From an uncultured Alphaproteobacteria bacterium (lineage in GTDB: Bacteria; Pseudomonadota; Alphaproteobacteria; RF32; CAG-239): a stretch of 64,000 nucleotides of DNA. The stretch lies in contig CAMVHF010000001.1 in NCBI GenBank assembly GCA_947167235.1, positions 5,675-69,674 of the forward strand, written 5' to 3'. The notes beneath the pieces are model-generated. The model saw only the letters and a list, made by a program, of their open reading frames with translations, searched no databases and was not told the DNA's origin. The number at the start of each line of letters is the position of its first letter. Positions within the stretch are counted from its first letter, which is position 1. Of the stretch, positions 11,346 to 21,894 are shown in pieces. The position numbers were made by a program, and so were the translations under genes.

Positions 11346-12353
11346 TTATAAGTCTTCCAAAACTTCATCGAATGTTTTTTGCTGAACTTCCTCTTTTTCA
11401 ACAATATGTCCCGATTTTGTTTTATTTTCAACATTATTATTCGTTTCTTCAACCTCTTCTTGCTCATCTTCGGTATTTTCCGGCGTTGAGGCAAATGAAG
11501 GCGGAACAATACCGTCATTTTGAGCTATTTCTTTTTCAACAAGGCGAATAATTTCTTGTTTAACAGCCATTGAAAATTCAGGCGAAGATAAAATTTCTTG
11601 AAAAGCTTTAAGGTATTCGGATAATTTAGGCATAACTTTTGATAAGGCTAAGAATACCGGAATTTTCCAAATCGGTTTTTTCGAAAAAGATAAATATCTT
11701 TCAATACCGTATCGACTGGCAGCTATACGATTGTAATATAAACTTCCGAGCATGAAGTCGGCTTCGCCGGTAAATAAACGTCTGTAAGCCTCATACGAAG
11801 AATCAACAAATGTTATATTCATTTCTTTGAGTTTTCGTAAAACAAAGTCACTGAAATACTCTTCACGGCAGGCAACTCCCTTAAATTTTTTCACATCTTC
11901 GAAAGATTTGAATTTTGAGCTGTTATCGGGCATTGTAATCAGATGGATCGGATTGGATATAACAGACGGGTAAATAAGTTCCAAGCCTTTATAAAGTTTT
12001 GTATCGGAATTGGCACCGATAAACATATTGTATTTTCCGGCACGCACGTCAATTAAAATCATTTTGATATCAAGATCGTGCGGGTCAAGAATTTCTTCCA
12101 ATTTGAATTTAACTTCACGTTTTTTCATTGCGTCGGAAAGCGGATTGATAAAAGCTCCCTCCAGACGCGGACGACCGTCTGAAGAATCGAAAAAAGAAAA
12201 AGGCGGAAAATCCGGCAAGCCGGAAATATGTACAGTTTCATTAAGATAATTTATTTTTTGGATGAGTTTATCATTATCCTCGGCAAGGGCACTGTGGCAT
12301 AAAAGGACAGAAGATAAAATGACAAGCCAAAATTTTCTCATGATGCACCTCAA
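11346..12353 (-). CDS. periplasmic solute-binding protein (family 3 SBP-like) with an acidic C-terminal tail. There is no transporter partner in the window
   Basis: Signal peptide MRKFWLVILSSVLLCHSALA (the likely true start is the internal ATG at 12341). SBP-like fold, and a C-terminal Glu/Asp-rich tail TEDEQEEVEETNNNVENK. Confidence 0.55.
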   Translation of the reverse strand: MRCIMRKFWLVILSSVLLCHSALAEDNDKLIQKINYLNETVHISGLPDFPPFSFFDSSDGRPRLEGAFINPLSDAMKKREVKFKLEEILDPHDLDIKMILIDVRAGKYNMFIGANSDTKLYKGLELIYPSVISNPIHLITMPDNSSKFKSFEDVKKFKGVACREEYFSDFVLRKLKEMNITFVDSSYEAYRRLFTGEADFMLGSLYYNRIAASRYGIERYLSFSKKPIWKIPVFLALSKVMPKLSEYLKAFQEILSSPEFSMAVKQEIIRLVEKEIAQNDGIVPPSFASTPENTEDEQEEVEETNNNVENKTKSGHIVEKEEVQQKTFDEVLEDL

Positions 12354-12390
12354 CTGAATATCTTATCTGTTAAATCGTAAATAAATTGTG

Positions 12391-12405
12391 TTAAAATTAT
12401 TTTAA
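12391..12405. promoter_or_regulatory. TTAA-N7-TTAA element (CtrA-box-like) in the divergent intergenic region upstream of the ParA/MinD-like gene
   Basis: Exact TTAAaattattTTAA read in the sequence. It could arise by chance in AT-rich DNA. Confidence 0.25.
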
Positions 12406-12465
12406 CCAATTGCATAAAAACAATTCTTTTGTAACATAATATAAAATAAAAACAAAAAGTACAAG

Positions 12466-13263
12466 ATGGTAAATGTAGATAAAAACTTATTTTTGCTTCA
12501 GAGCAACAATATTTTAGCCATAGCCTCCGGTGTCGGAAGCATGGGTAAAACGTGGTTTGCCGTAACTTTAGCACAAGCCGTTAATCAATTACATCACAGC
12601 GTTTTGGTTGTTGATGCCGATAACGGATTGTCTAATATAAGTTTTCAAACAGGTTTGGCTGGTAAGGTAACTCTGGATGATGTAGCGGAGGGACAATATT
12701 GCTTTAATCAAGCGATATTACCGGTTAATAAGAAAAATTTTGATATTGTCGGCGGTACGGCCGGAAGCGAAATATTGGATACACTACCGACCGGAAGATT
12801 GCAGATTTTACGCGAAGATTTGATTATCACGGCGCAAAACTATGATAAAGTTATTATTGATATGCCGACTTCCGATAAAATTATTACTCATTTTGTACCG
12901 CAAAATGCCAATCTGATACTGGTTTGCACCAACGATCCGTCAAATTTGGTATCAACATACAAATTTTTGCAAGATGCGGTCAGTACATATAAATATAAAA
13001 GTTTGCAAATTGTCGTAAACTATGCTAATTCGTATGAAGAAGGATTGCAAACGTATAGTACTTTGCGCCGCGCATGCGAACAATTTATTAAATCGACGCC
13101 GCGTTTGTTGGGTGTTATTCGTCGAGATACCCGTGTCAGGGATGCCATTCGTAACCATGCTTTGTTACTGAACAGATACCCTAATTCGGAGGCGGCGGAA
13201 GACATGATGAATATTGCGCAAAGGTTGCTCGGACAGGGAGAAGATAATGAGTGGAAAATATGA
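12466..13263 (+). CDS. MinD/ParA-superfamily P-loop ATPase (FlhG/MinD-like, deviant Walker A)
   Basis: Walker A GVGSMGKTWFAVTLA. Switch regions VVDADNG and IIDMPTS. The size of 265 aa is typical for the family. Its 3' end overlaps the next gene by 17 nt. Confidence 0.7.
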   Translation: MVNVDKNLFLLQSNNILAIASGVGSMGKTWFAVTLAQAVNQLHHSVLVVDADNGLSNISFQTGLAGKVTLDDVAEGQYCFNQAILPVNKKNFDIVGGTAGSEILDTLPTGRLQILREDLIITAQNYDKVIIDMPTSDKIITHFVPQNANLILVCTNDPSNLVSTYKFLQDAVSTYKYKSLQIVVNYANSYEEGLQTYSTLRRACEQFIKSTPRLLGVIRRDTRVRDAIRNHALLLNRYPNSEAAEDMMNIAQRLLGQGEDNEWKI

Positions 13264-14407
13264 TGCTTTAGGTTATTATGATGTCTTAGGCGTGGCACCG
13301 GATGCCGATCCGGCACTCATTAAACGCCAATATTATGAAAAGGCAAAATTTTGGCATCCGGATCATAATGAAGCGCCGAATGCGTTAGAACTTTTCCAAA
13401 AAGTATCGGTTGCTTATGAAGTTTTAAACGATGCTAAAAAACGCGCCGAATATGACTTACTTTCCATTGTCTACACTGAAAAAGATTTTCCGACATTGGG
13501 TTCCTTGAAAATTTATAAAAATCAGGCCGATAAACAGGATGCGGCATTACGAGTCCTGAAACAACGTAAAGTCAAAGGCAAGGGTGCGGATTGCGAGGTT
13601 AAAGAAACTAAGGATATTTGCAATATAAAAGAGGCCGGTAATATGGTTTTATCGACATCTATATCCAATTGGCTCGGCGGTTGGTGGGGTAAAGGAGGCT
13701 TTACTAAAACGATAGATGCAATTAAATTTAATATTCGAGCGGCAAAAGCATTGGATATGGATAATTTGAAGTTGCTTGTTCATAACGCGGTGGCATATAA
13801 GCAGGAAAATAATATTGAAATGGCATGGATATATGCAAAGCAGGCCGAAGTTATGGGACGTTTTGATGCTCAGATTTCGCAGCAGATAACCAAATTTATC
13901 GAAACATTGGATTATACGCCGCAAAAAAAAGTAACCATACCTTATTGGAATGATACCGAGTTGAAACGTCGGCAATTTCTGTTCCCTTCGGTATTGGTTA
14001 TGTTTGCCGTTTTTGCGGTTTTGCTTATATTTGCCAAACAAGGTCTGTTTCAACTTAATAAAACAGTCAGTGACGGATATTATGAGGCTGTAATGATCAG
14101 CGGACGGATTGTGCCATCGGATATGGTCGAAAGCCATATTATCAAGGTTGACAGTGACAGAAACAGCACCGAATATTTGGTTCATTTCAGCCGCGATTGT
14201 ACGGTTTACTACGGACCGGATAATCGTTATACACCTATGCTTGAAGGTAAACAGGGACAGACGGTTCGCATAACGGGACATACCTTCAATAAAGCATGGT
14301 TGCGGATAATGTTGGATAACGGTGAAATCGGTTATGTTCATAAAAGCAATATTGAAAAAGGTATAGGGAATCCTGTACCGCCACGCAGTCAAGTATACAG
14401 AGGATAA
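13247..14407 (+). CDS. membrane-anchored J-domain (DnaJ-like) protein with a C-terminal SH3-like domain
   Basis: N-terminal J domain YYDVLGV..HPDHN..AYEVLNDAKKRAEYD. Central TM helix FLFPSVLVMFAVFAVLLIFA. C-terminal SH3b-like segment. Start re-called at ATG 13247 (ORF track 13214). Confidence 0.65.
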   Translation: MSGKYDALGYYDVLGVAPDADPALIKRQYYEKAKFWHPDHNEAPNALELFQKVSVAYEVLNDAKKRAEYDLLSIVYTEKDFPTLGSLKIYKNQADKQDAALRVLKQRKVKGKGADCEVKETKDICNIKEAGNMVLSTSISNWLGGWWGKGGFTKTIDAIKFNIRAAKALDMDNLKLLVHNAVAYKQENNIEMAWIYAKQAEVMGRFDAQISQQITKFIETLDYTPQKKVTIPYWNDTELKRRQFLFPSVLVMFAVFAVLLIFAKQGLFQLNKTVSDGYYEAVMISGRIVPSDMVESHIIKVDSDRNSTEYLVHFSRDCTVYYGPDNRYTPMLEGKQGQTVRITGHTFNKAWLRIMLDNGEIGYVHKSNIEKGIGNPVPPRSQVYRG

Positions 14408-15535
<1,128 letters not shown>

Positions 15536-15536
15536 T

Positions 15537-16487
15537 ATGACTGCCGCTGATAATGACGTCATTGAAAAGTTTAAAGAAGAAAACCGTAAAGAGGGCATTC
15601 GCGTTTTTGTTGCCGGCGGTTCACGTTCCGGTAATGATGAAATCTATGCCCAAGAAGCCTATAATTTAGGCAAGAAAATCGTTAAAATGGAATTCAAGCT
15701 TGATTTCGGTTTATCGAACAGCGGTATTATGGGGGCTGTTGCCCGCGGTGTTTTAGACGGCTGGAATAAAAGGCAAAGTAAGCAAAATAAAAATGAAGAA
15801 GCTCCCATACAAGGCATAACAACATCTAAGTATTTTGCGCTGTATCAGACAGATGACAGCTTGATTCAAAAAATGGATATCGTTGTCGCCAAAAGCTTGG
15901 AAGAACGTAAGCGCATGCTGTTGAAGGCTGATTTTGTGGTGTTTGCTCCGGGCGGCGTCGGAACTTTGGATGAACTCGCTTATGACTGTGTGGCGATGCA
16001 AGATGATATGTTGCCGATGAAACCTTTTATTATCTATAATATCAACGGTTTTTTTCATCACTTGCTTGAATATCTTAAATTTATGGCATATGAAGGGTTT
16101 GCCGAGCCGGTGCCGTTTATTGTGGTGGATGATGCTGATGAATTGGAAGTGGCTTTTCGCTTGTTGAAGTATCGATATAACAAGTGCGCCAACGGCAAAG
16201 AAGCTTATGCAAACGCCCGTCAGCTTGTTTATGAATTACCTTATTTTATTAAGATGAAAACCAACTATGATATGGATGTTGATCATGTGATGATGCACAT
16301 TACGCGCATCAATGAACAGGGTGCGGATGAAGATAAGCAGTTTTTACAAGATGAAATCGAAATGGCATACTTGGAAAAAGAAATCGAAAGAATGTATGAC
16401 CGCCTGATGCATACCGGACAAGATACCGGCAAAGTCAGCGAAAAATTAAGCCGCTTGAAGAAAAGAAGAAAAGATATTTATAAATGA
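15537..16487 (+). CDS. LOG-family / Rossmann-fold nucleotide-binding protein (TIGR00730-like) with ~120-aa C-terminal extension
   Basis: Motifs VFVAGGSRSG and VVFAPGGVGTLDEL. Start re-called at ATG 15537, overlapping the tgt stop as TAATATG. The ORF-track start 15465 lies inside tgt. Confidence 0.65.
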   Translation: MTAADNDVIEKFKEENRKEGIRVFVAGGSRSGNDEIYAQEAYNLGKKIVKMEFKLDFGLSNSGIMGAVARGVLDGWNKRQSKQNKNEEAPIQGITTSKYFALYQTDDSLIQKMDIVVAKSLEERKRMLLKADFVVFAPGGVGTLDELAYDCVAMQDDMLPMKPFIIYNINGFFHHLLEYLKFMAYEGFAEPVPFIVVDDADELEVAFRLLKYRYNKCANGKEAYANARQLVYELPYFIKMKTNYDMDVDHVMMHITRINEQGADEDKQFLQDEIEMAYLEKEIERMYDRLMHTGQDTGKVSEKLSRLKKRRKDIYK

Positions 16488-18220
16488 GTGTTTTTGCTTT
16501 TATATTTAAATATTTAAGAAAAACCAAAGTTATGGCCGGCGTAATTTTGTTTGGCATAATTGCCCGCAGTATAGCCGATCGGGGCGAAGTTTATGCAATG
16601 GCGCAGACAATCGGTTTATTGCCGAAGTATGCCGATGATAAAAATATTTTAACCGACATTATATTTTATATAGGCCTGTTGGCATTCTTTTTGATTGCCG
16701 AAGGACTTGCCAATTATATCTGGCGCTATACGGGAGGTAAATTCCAACCGTATTTTTCAAGTCTTGTTTATAAAGACATTTTTATGGCGGTACATCATCA
16801 ATCCGTAACGTTTTTTAACGAAGAAATGGCCGGTAAGGTTGCCTCTAAAACCAAAAATATCGTTTCGGGAATTCGGGATATATACGGTCATCTGGTTTTT
16901 GGTTTAATTCGACCGATCACGGGAATAGCGGTCAGTTTGTTTCTGATTTGCCGTGCCGACTGGCTGACGGGAATTTACATTTCGGTCTTAAATTTGATTT
17001 TTATGGCGGCAATCATCTATATCCGGCGTAAAATCGGTTCGTTTGCCGAAAAACGCGCCCGATTCCATGCCGAAACGGACGGTATATTCATTGATACGGT
17101 TACCAACTCTGATTTGGTAAAAAGCTTTGCCAATTATTTTTACGAAAAAAGCAAATTTTATTCCGTATTGCGCAAAGCAGTACGCACGGAACAGGACGAA
17201 CGAACCAAAGATGCTCTATTCGATTTAGAGGGAAAATGCGTATTTTACAGCGCTTATCTTTTATCATGTGTTTCCGTATTTTACAGCTGGTACCTCGGTC
17301 GTTTGGAATTGGCCGATGTTGTAATGACGACGGCCCTGTTAAACGGCTTAATGATGGAAGTTAACAATATAGGCTTTTTTGCCGGCGAATTTGCGCAACT
17401 ATACGGACAAGTTAAAGACGGATTGGAATTAATTTTCCAGCCTTGTATGGTAAATGATGCACCGGATGCACACAATATCAAAATGCGCGGTAAAGCTATT
17501 AAGTTTGATAACATATCCTACCATTATAACAATAAAGATGATTTATTTAAGGACTTTAATCTTAGCATTAAGTCGGGTGAAAAAGTCGGGTTGGTCGGCC
17601 ATTCCGGCAGCGGTAAATCAACATTGATTAAGTTGTTGGTACGTTACTTTGATGTGACCGGTGGCAAAATCACCGTCGGCGGTGAAGATATCCGTCAAGT
17701 GCGTCAAAACAGTTTACGCGCGCAAATAGCGGTTATTCCGCAAGACACAACGTTGTTTAACCGCACGATTATGGAAAATATCCGTTACGGCAATGTGAAT
17801 GCTACCGATGAAGAAGTTATTAAAGCCGCTCAAATGGCGTATGCCGATGAGTTTATCAAAGATTTGCCGAACGGTTATGACAGCAAAGTCGGCGAGCGCG
17901 GTGTTATGCTTTCGGGCGGTGAACGGCAACGAATTGCCATAGCCCGGGCTATTTTGAAAAATGCGCCGATTTTGATTTTGGACGAGGCAACGTCGGCGTT
18001 GGACAGCGAAAGCGAACAATACATTCAAAAATCGCTTAAAAAATTAATGAAAGGCAAGACAGTAATAGCTATTGCCCATCGATTATCTACTTTGAAAGAA
18101 ATGGATAGATTAGTTGTGATGGATAATGGTAAGATTATCGAAGAAGGCGCACACGAAAAATTGCTCAAAACCAAAGGCGCTTATTATCGTTTTTATCAAA
18201 TGCAGAGTCTGAACAGATAA
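16484..18220 (+). CDS. ABC exporter, fused permease/ATPase (MsbA/ABCB-type)
   Basis: Six-TM TMD followed by an NBD. Walker A GHSGSGKST. ABC signature LSGGERQR. Walker B ILILDEATSALD. H-loop IAHRLST. Confidence 0.85.
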   Translation: MSVFAFIFKYLRKTKVMAGVILFGIIARSIADRGEVYAMAQTIGLLPKYADDKNILTDIIFYIGLLAFFLIAEGLANYIWRYTGGKFQPYFSSLVYKDIFMAVHHQSVTFFNEEMAGKVASKTKNIVSGIRDIYGHLVFGLIRPITGIAVSLFLICRADWLTGIYISVLNLIFMAAIIYIRRKIGSFAEKRARFHAETDGIFIDTVTNSDLVKSFANYFYEKSKFYSVLRKAVRTEQDERTKDALFDLEGKCVFYSAYLLSCVSVFYSWYLGRLELADVVMTTALLNGLMMEVNNIGFFAGEFAQLYGQVKDGLELIFQPCMVNDAPDAHNIKMRGKAIKFDNISYHYNNKDDLFKDFNLSIKSGEKVGLVGHSGSGKSTLIKLLVRYFDVTGGKITVGGEDIRQVRQNSLRAQIAVIPQDTTLFNRTIMENIRYGNVNATDEEVIKAAQMAYADEFIKDLPNGYDSKVGERGVMLSGGERQRIAIARAILKNAPILILDEATSALDSESEQYIQKSLKKLMKGKTVIAIAHRLSTLKEMDRLVVMDNGKIIEEGAHEKLLKTKGAYYRFYQMQSLNR

Positions 18221-18292
18221 AAACTTCTTGCAAAAATTTATAAATCGCCTATATTCAAGCCAGTTAAAAATTAATTTTTAGAGGAGATAAAT

Positions 18293-19342
18293 ATGCCTTT
18301 AGTTTCTATGCGTCAGATTCTTGACCACGCTGCCGAGCATAATTACGGTGTTCCGGCTTTTAATATCAATAACATGGAACAAATTTTGGCTGTATTACAG
18401 GCAGCTAAAAAAGTAAATGCGCCGGTTATTATCCAAACATCGACCGGTGCCCGCAAATATGCCGGCGATCCGATGATTCGTCACATGATTGAAGCCGGTA
18501 TCGAAATGTTTCCGGAATTGCCGATTTGTTTGCACCAAGACCACGGTTCAAGCGTCAATATTTGCCAATCAGCCATTGTTAACGGCTTTTCTTCGGTTAT
18601 GATGGACGGCTCGCTGGAAGCTGACGGTAAAACTCCGTCTTCGTTTGAATACAATGTTCGCGTTACTCAAGAAGTTGTTGCCCGCGCACATGCTGTCGGC
18701 GCTTCGGTTGAAGGCGAGTTGGGTGTTATCGGTTCGTTGGAAACAGGTAAAGCCGATAAAGAAGACGGTATCGGTGCTGAAGGTAAATTAGATAAAAAAC
18801 GTTTGGTTACCGATCCGGATGAAGCTGCCGAATTCGTTAATTTAACGCATTTGGATGCTTTGGCTGTTGCCGTCGGAACTTCTCACGGCGCTTACAAATT
18901 CACCCGTAAACCGGATGGTGAAATCTTGGCTATTGATGTTATTGAAAAAATTCATGCCAAATTGCCGAATACCCACTTGGTAATGCACGGTTCTTCTTCG
19001 GTTCCGCAAGAACTGCAAGACTTAATCAACGCTTACGGCGGTCAAATTCCGCAGACTTACGGTGTTCCGGTAGAAGAAATCGTTCGCGGTATTAAATCCG
19101 GTGTACGCAAAGTTAACGTTGATACCGATTCGCGTATGGCTATCACTGGCGCTATTCGTCGTTTATTCAATGAAAAACCGTCTGAATTCGATCCGCGTAA
19201 ATACTTGAAACCGGCAATCGAAGAAATGCAAAAAGTTTGCGAAGATCGCTATATTCAATTCGGTGCTGCCGGACAGGCCGACAAGATTAAGGCTGTTCCG
19301 CTTTCTGAAATGGCTAAGCGTTACGCTGCCGGCGAAATTTAA
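18293..19342 (+). CDS. fba: fructose-bisphosphate aldolase, class II
   Basis: Class II FBA metal-binding blocks ([34 protein letters not shown]). aggagat RBS. Confidence 0.9.
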   Translation: MPLVSMRQILDHAAEHNYGVPAFNINNMEQILAVLQAAKKVNAPVIIQTSTGARKYAGDPMIRHMIEAGIEMFPELPICLHQDHGSSVNICQSAIVNGFSSVMMDGSLEADGKTPSSFEYNVRVTQEVVARAHAVGASVEGELGVIGSLETGKADKEDGIGAEGKLDKKRLVTDPDEAAEFVNLTHLDALAVAVGTSHGAYKFTRKPDGEILAIDVIEKIHAKLPNTHLVMHGSSSVPQELQDLINAYGGQIPQTYGVPVEEIVRGIKSGVRKVNVDTDSRMAITGAIRRLFNEKPSEFDPRKYLKPAIEEMQKVCEDRYIQFGAAGQADKIKAVPLSEMAKRYAAGEI

Positions 19343-19363
19343 TATTATCGCCGATAAAAAATC

Positions 19364-19392
19364 AAAAGCCTCGGAACTTCCGAGGCTTTTTT
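19364..19392. terminator. bidirectional intrinsic terminator between convergent fba and atpF
   Basis: Hairpin gcctcgg-aactt-ccgaggc flanked by an A-tract upstream and TTTTTT downstream. The sequence is identical to the element at 33617-33645. Confidence 0.7.
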
Positions 19393-19428
19393 ATTGCAAA
19401 GTATGATTCTCAAAATTAAAGCGCCTAT

Positions 19429-20088
19429 TTATGCGATAAATTTATCCAATTCATCAATGGCATCATCAATAAGTCGGCTCTGGTCGGTTTCTTTTAAGTA
19501 TTTTTGAATAGCCTTTTGTGCCAATTGAACAGATAACACACTTGCCGAAGAATTGATTTCATTTTGTACTTTTGCTGTCGAAGTTTTGATACGACGCTCA
19601 GCTTCTTTTTCTTTTAATTTCAAACTTTCCTGCAAGTTTGCCAGTTCGGTTTTCTTGAACCTCTCCAAGCTTATGCGGGAATTATCGATAATTTCTTGAG
19701 CTTCTTTTGCGGCATTTTGGTATTTACGTTCATAATCCGCCAAAAGTATCTGGGCATCATCGCGGAGCTTCACGGCATCATCAATAGCTTGCGCAACATT
19801 TTGAATCCGACGTTGCAAAGCACTGCGAATAAAAAGAAACAGCGGCTTCAATAAAACGATAACCGACAATACAAAAGCCATACCTACCCAGAATTCGATT
19901 TCCGTATAGAAAGGTTCAAGATGTGCTTCGGAAGCTACTGTTTTGGCGGTAGCGGCATCAAAAATACCGGTAACGTTTTCGGCAGCATCAATAATCGCAT
20001 TTTGCGTTGCATCAATTAATTCATTACCTTTCGATAATGTTTCTTGAAAGGATTCGGCAACCGGAGAGTTTACTGCTTCTTCATCCAT
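19429..20088 (-). CDS. atpF: F0F1 ATP synthase subunit b (with ~60-aa N-terminal extension)
   Basis: Single TM followed by a long charged coiled-coil. It is the last gene of the atpI-B-E-F'-F cluster. Confidence 0.8.
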   Translation of the reverse strand: MDEEAVNSPVAESFQETLSKGNELIDATQNAIIDAAENVTGIFDAATAKTVASEAHLEPFYTEIEFWVGMAFVLSVIVLLKPLFLFIRSALQRRIQNVAQAIDDAVKLRDDAQILLADYERKYQNAAKEAQEIIDNSRISLERFKKTELANLQESLKLKEKEAERRIKTSTAKVQNEINSSASVLSVQLAQKAIQKYLKETDQSRLIDDAIDELDKFIA

Positions 20089-20569
20089 TCAGCCCCTCCT
20101 TTTCTGCTATTTTAGCAATATCACGCTTGGTGATTTTACCGAAACCAAACTTTTTGACGATATCCAGTGCCAAATCTTGAGCCACAATGACAATCTGCTG
20201 CGAAGCAACTTGCTTTTCTTCTTCAAGAGCAGCTTCATGTAGTTGAATTTTTTTATGAAGCTTAACGGTCAGATCTTGCTCCGATTTAGCCAGATAAGCA
20301 TCTAATTCTTTTTTGCTGTCGGCGATTTCTTTTTCGGCCGCGGCCTTAGCCGTCGTTATAGCCTGATTATAAGACTGTAAAGATTGCTCGGCTTGCGAAC
20401 GTAACTGCTCGGCTTTTTGAATAAAGTCATTAATTTTACGCTTACGTTGTTCGATGATATCGGTTAATTTAGGCGTAATGCACACAGACAACAATCCCCA
20501 CAGTGTGCAGAAGCACACGAGGAGCCAAAAAGCTTGCGATAAAAATGTAGAGACGTCAATCTGTGGCAT
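20081..20569 (-). CDS. atpF2: F0F1 ATP synthase subunit b' (second b-type subunit, alphaproteobacterial/photosynthetic type)
   Basis: 162 aa, N-terminal TM plus coiled-coil, between atpE and atpF. It overlaps atpF by 8 nt. Confidence 0.75.
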   Translation of the reverse strand: MPQIDVSTFLSQAFWLLVCFCTLWGLLSVCITPKLTDIIEQRKRKINDFIQKAEQLRSQAEQSLQSYNQAITTAKAAAEKEIADSKKELDAYLAKSEQDLTVKLHKKIQLHEAALEEEKQVASQQIVIVAQDLALDIVKKFGFGKITKRDIAKIAEKEGLNG

Positions 20570-20582
20570 ATTTTACCCGAAA

Positions 20583-20822
20583 TCAGAAGAAAATCATCAA
20601 AATAGCAACAACGAACATATACAAAGCAATGGCTTCGATTGAACCCATACCGATAAAGCCGAAACTTTGAACATCTTTTTTAACTTGCGGATTGCGACCT
20701 ACTGTTTCGATTAAAGATACCCACAATTTTGATAAGCCGATTGCGGCGGCCGTCATGGCTAAGGCACAAAGACCGACAGCGATATATGCAGCCGATTTAT
20801 CTTGTAAAATTTCGTTTTCCAT
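20583..20822 (-). CDS. atpE: F0F1 ATP synthase subunit c
   Basis: 79-aa two-helix proteolipid. Gly-rich helix 1, polar loop RNPQ, and the carboxylate at SIEAIALY. Confidence 0.85.
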   Translation of the reverse strand: MENEILQDKSAAYIAVGLCALAMTAAAIGLSKLWVSLIETVGRNPQVKKDVQSFGFIGMGSIEAIALYMFVVAILMIFF

Positions 20823-20856
20823 ATTAAATCCTTTCGTTAGTTAAAGTAGTTAATTC

Positions 20857-21579
20857 TTATTCTTCGGTTATTGCCTGACTCAAATATACGCAACTGAGCA
20901 CGGTATAAATATAGGCTTGCAATAAAGCGATAAACATTTCAAACATAATGATACACATATCCACGACCAACGGAATAGCACCGAAAATACCTAAAAGAAC
21001 GACAAACGACCCCAAAATTTTGAGCGTAATGTGTCCGACGGACATATTAACCGCCAGACGAATTGTCAGACTGAACGGTTTGGATAACAGTGATAAAATT
21101 TCAATAGGTACGATAAGCGGCGCCATAACCCAAGGCACATCATGCGGAAAGAATGTTCTGAAGTATTCCCAGCCGCGGTGCTTTAATCCGAAAAATATGT
21201 TTAAGAGTAAACAAAATATCGATAGTGTACCGACGGCGGCAATATGCGATGTGAAAGTAAAACTGTACGGGAATAAACCCAATAAATTACCGCAGGCAAT
21301 AAAAGTAAACAACGTGAAGACAAATGAAAAATATTTAACGCCGTCTTTTCCCATTGTTTCACCGATCATCCCCTGAATAAAATCATAAACGGCTTCGGAT
21401 ACGGCTTGTCCGGTTGTCGGAACAATGCTGCGTTTTCTTAAACAAAATCCAAAAAACAGAAGAACAAAAGCAACGGTAATAACCATACATAAAGCCGAAT
21501 TGGTAAATGATAAATCCAATCCGTTTACTTCCCAAGGAATTATCCGCTTAATTTCAAATTGCTCTAAAGGGTTTTCCAT
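20857..21579 (-). CDS. atpB: F0F1 ATP synthase subunit a
   Basis: 240 aa, multi-TM. Conserved Arg in LTIRLAVNMSVGH and the C-terminal helix QAYIYTVL. Confidence 0.9.
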   Translation of the reverse strand: MENPLEQFEIKRIIPWEVNGLDLSFTNSALCMVITVAFVLLFFGFCLRKRSIVPTTGQAVSEAVYDFIQGMIGETMGKDGVKYFSFVFTLFTFIACGNLLGLFPYSFTFTSHIAAVGTLSIFCLLLNIFFGLKHRGWEYFRTFFPHDVPWVMAPLIVPIEILSLLSKPFSLTIRLAVNMSVGHITLKILGSFVVLLGIFGAIPLVVDMCIIMFEMFIALLQAYIYTVLSCVYLSQAITEE

Positions 21580-21582
21580 AAA

Positions 21583-21879
21583 TTACTCCTGCGTGCCATT
21601 ATTTATACCGTTATATAATTTATAAATGTTTAAGATTCCCGCAGCAAATCCAAAAAAAGCAAAAATTATTATAAAAATCGGCATCGTCAAGCAAAATTTA
21701 TCTATTAAATAGCCGATACATAAACCGATAAAAATCGGTGCAATAAAATCCGTTATCGTTTGTATACCGATGTTATATTTGCGTATGGTATCGGTCTTGA
21801 TTGTTTTTTTCTCATTTCGGGCTTTGAGAGAATTTATCCTCTCATCAAGTTTTTGCAAATCTTGAGGTAAATCAGCCAT
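21583..21879 (-). CDS. atpI: ATP synthase protein I (AtpI-like small membrane protein)
   Basis: 98 aa with two TM helices, immediately upstream of atpB with a 3-nt gap. It is the first gene of the cluster. Confidence 0.5.
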   Translation of the reverse strand: MADLPQDLQKLDERINSLKARNEKKTIKTDTIRKYNIGIQTITDFIAPIFIGLCIGYLIDKFCLTMPIFIIIFAFFGFAAGILNIYKLYNGINNGTQE

Positions 21880-21894
21880 GAGAAAACCCGAAAA

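Noticed and set aside
13649-14392. 247-aa antisense ORF inside the J-domain gene
   Set aside because: No RBS, low-complexity composition and fully antisense to a gene with clear domain structure. A typical spurious ORF in AT-rich DNA.
19429-20088. N-terminal 60-aa extension of ATP synthase subunit b as a possible mis-start
   Set aside because: Downstream in-frame ATGs lack a better RBS, and the extension is in frame with an 8-nt overlap to b'. The call is kept as is, but the true start is uncertain.
20948-21376. 142-aa plus-strand ORF antisense to atpB
   Set aside because: Antisense to a highly conserved gene. Spurious.
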